DNA of 63,033 nt, the filler included, from Octopus bimaculoides (Eukaryota), in assembly GCF_001194135.2 (NCBI RefSeq). It is 7 parts of 7 records of this genome, joined end to end, with 100 filler letters (N's around TTAATTAATTAA, not from the genome) between each part and the next. Parts side by side here need not be neighbours in the genome. Positions count along the whole stretch, not along the records: positions 61,069 to 63,033 come from NW_026383596.1; 6 more parts are not named here. One strand, 5' to 3'. The notes under the pieces were generated by a model, which had not been told where the DNA came from, did no database searches, and saw nothing but the letters and a program-made list of their open reading frames with translations. Shown here in pieces: positions 62,314 through 63,033 of this stretch; position 1 is the first letter of the stretch, and each line of letters begins with the position of its first letter. A program made the position numbers and the translations under genes.

Positions 62314-62594
62314 ATGTGCGTTTGTGTGTGTATGTTTTAAGGTCCAGTTTTTCATGCTTGCATGGGTCAGCTGCAATTTATTGAGTCACATTTTCTACAG
62401 CCAAATGTTCTTCCTGTTTGTCAACTCTGACCTGTTTCTAAGCAAATAGATATTTTCTGGATACATTCTCATGAAAAAACAGAAAGGAGGGAAATCACGT
62501 GTATGCTGGTGACTCTCATTTATGTGTATTGTGTGATGTCATTGGAGATGAAGTATACACATATACACACAAGCACAAATACACATGTATGAAT

Positions 62595-62637
<43 letters not shown>

Positions 62638-62647
62638 NNNNNNNNNN

Positions 62648-62688
<41 letters not shown>

Positions 62689-62769
62689 CATATAATGAAC
62701 TCTCCCGTCATTAGATGATATATGAAGGTTCAAGAATTTCTTACCAAACAACCACACAGATTATAGTGA

Positions 62770-62985
62770 TCAAATGTTTGTGTAGACATAAGCTCACTCC
62801 TTCCATCAAATCGACATTACCTGTACAGGTGCAACTGAGTGCCACATGTGAGTTGTCAAAATAATTGCAGAACAACATGAAATGTGCTTTGCTCAAGTAC
62901 ACAACACAATGGCCGGTCTGGGAATCAAGCCCATGATCTTGAAATCGTGAGGGCAACACCCTAACCACTAAGCCATGTGCTTTCA
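62770..62985 (-). mobile_element. tRNA-headed SINE family E
   Basis: Minus-strand head AAGCACATGGCTTAGTGGTTAGGGTGTTG...GGGCTTGATTCCCAGACCGG. Confidence 0.75.

Positions 62986-63033
<48 letters not shown>

Overview
Eukaryotic, AT-rich, gap-ridden genomic DNA. The SINE repertoire, (TA)n/(CA)n/(TACA)n density and TTAATTAATTAA scaffold spacers suggest a cephalopod (Octopus-like) draft assembly; this is an inference. Almost all ORFs in the supplied track are microsatellite or N-run artefacts. The one secure protein-coding feature is a 122-bp internal exon (5432-5553, +) of a class A peptide-type GPCR (ECL1, TM3, start of the E-R-Y motif). I could not find its downstream exons, so most of the window is probably one very large intron, or those exons lie in gaps. 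The rest consists of at least five tRNA-derived SINE families, decayed mariner/Tc1 transposases, piggyBac-, hAT- and mariner-type MITEs, and fragments of Penelope-like, RTE, RLE-type and L1/Tx1-like retroelements. The most interesting non-routine signals are: (i) a Penelope 3' end carrying Pol III A/B-box motifs plus a minimal hammerhead ribozyme (32568-32960), with related hammerhead-half foldbacks at 13629-13719 and 61847-61976; (ii) two phase-compatible candidate exons at 52173-52231 and 52879-53000 encoding a Cys-rich, possibly Ly6/three-finger-like peptide. No prokaryotic-type system (CRISPR, operon) is present, and I cannot claim a confirmed novel system.
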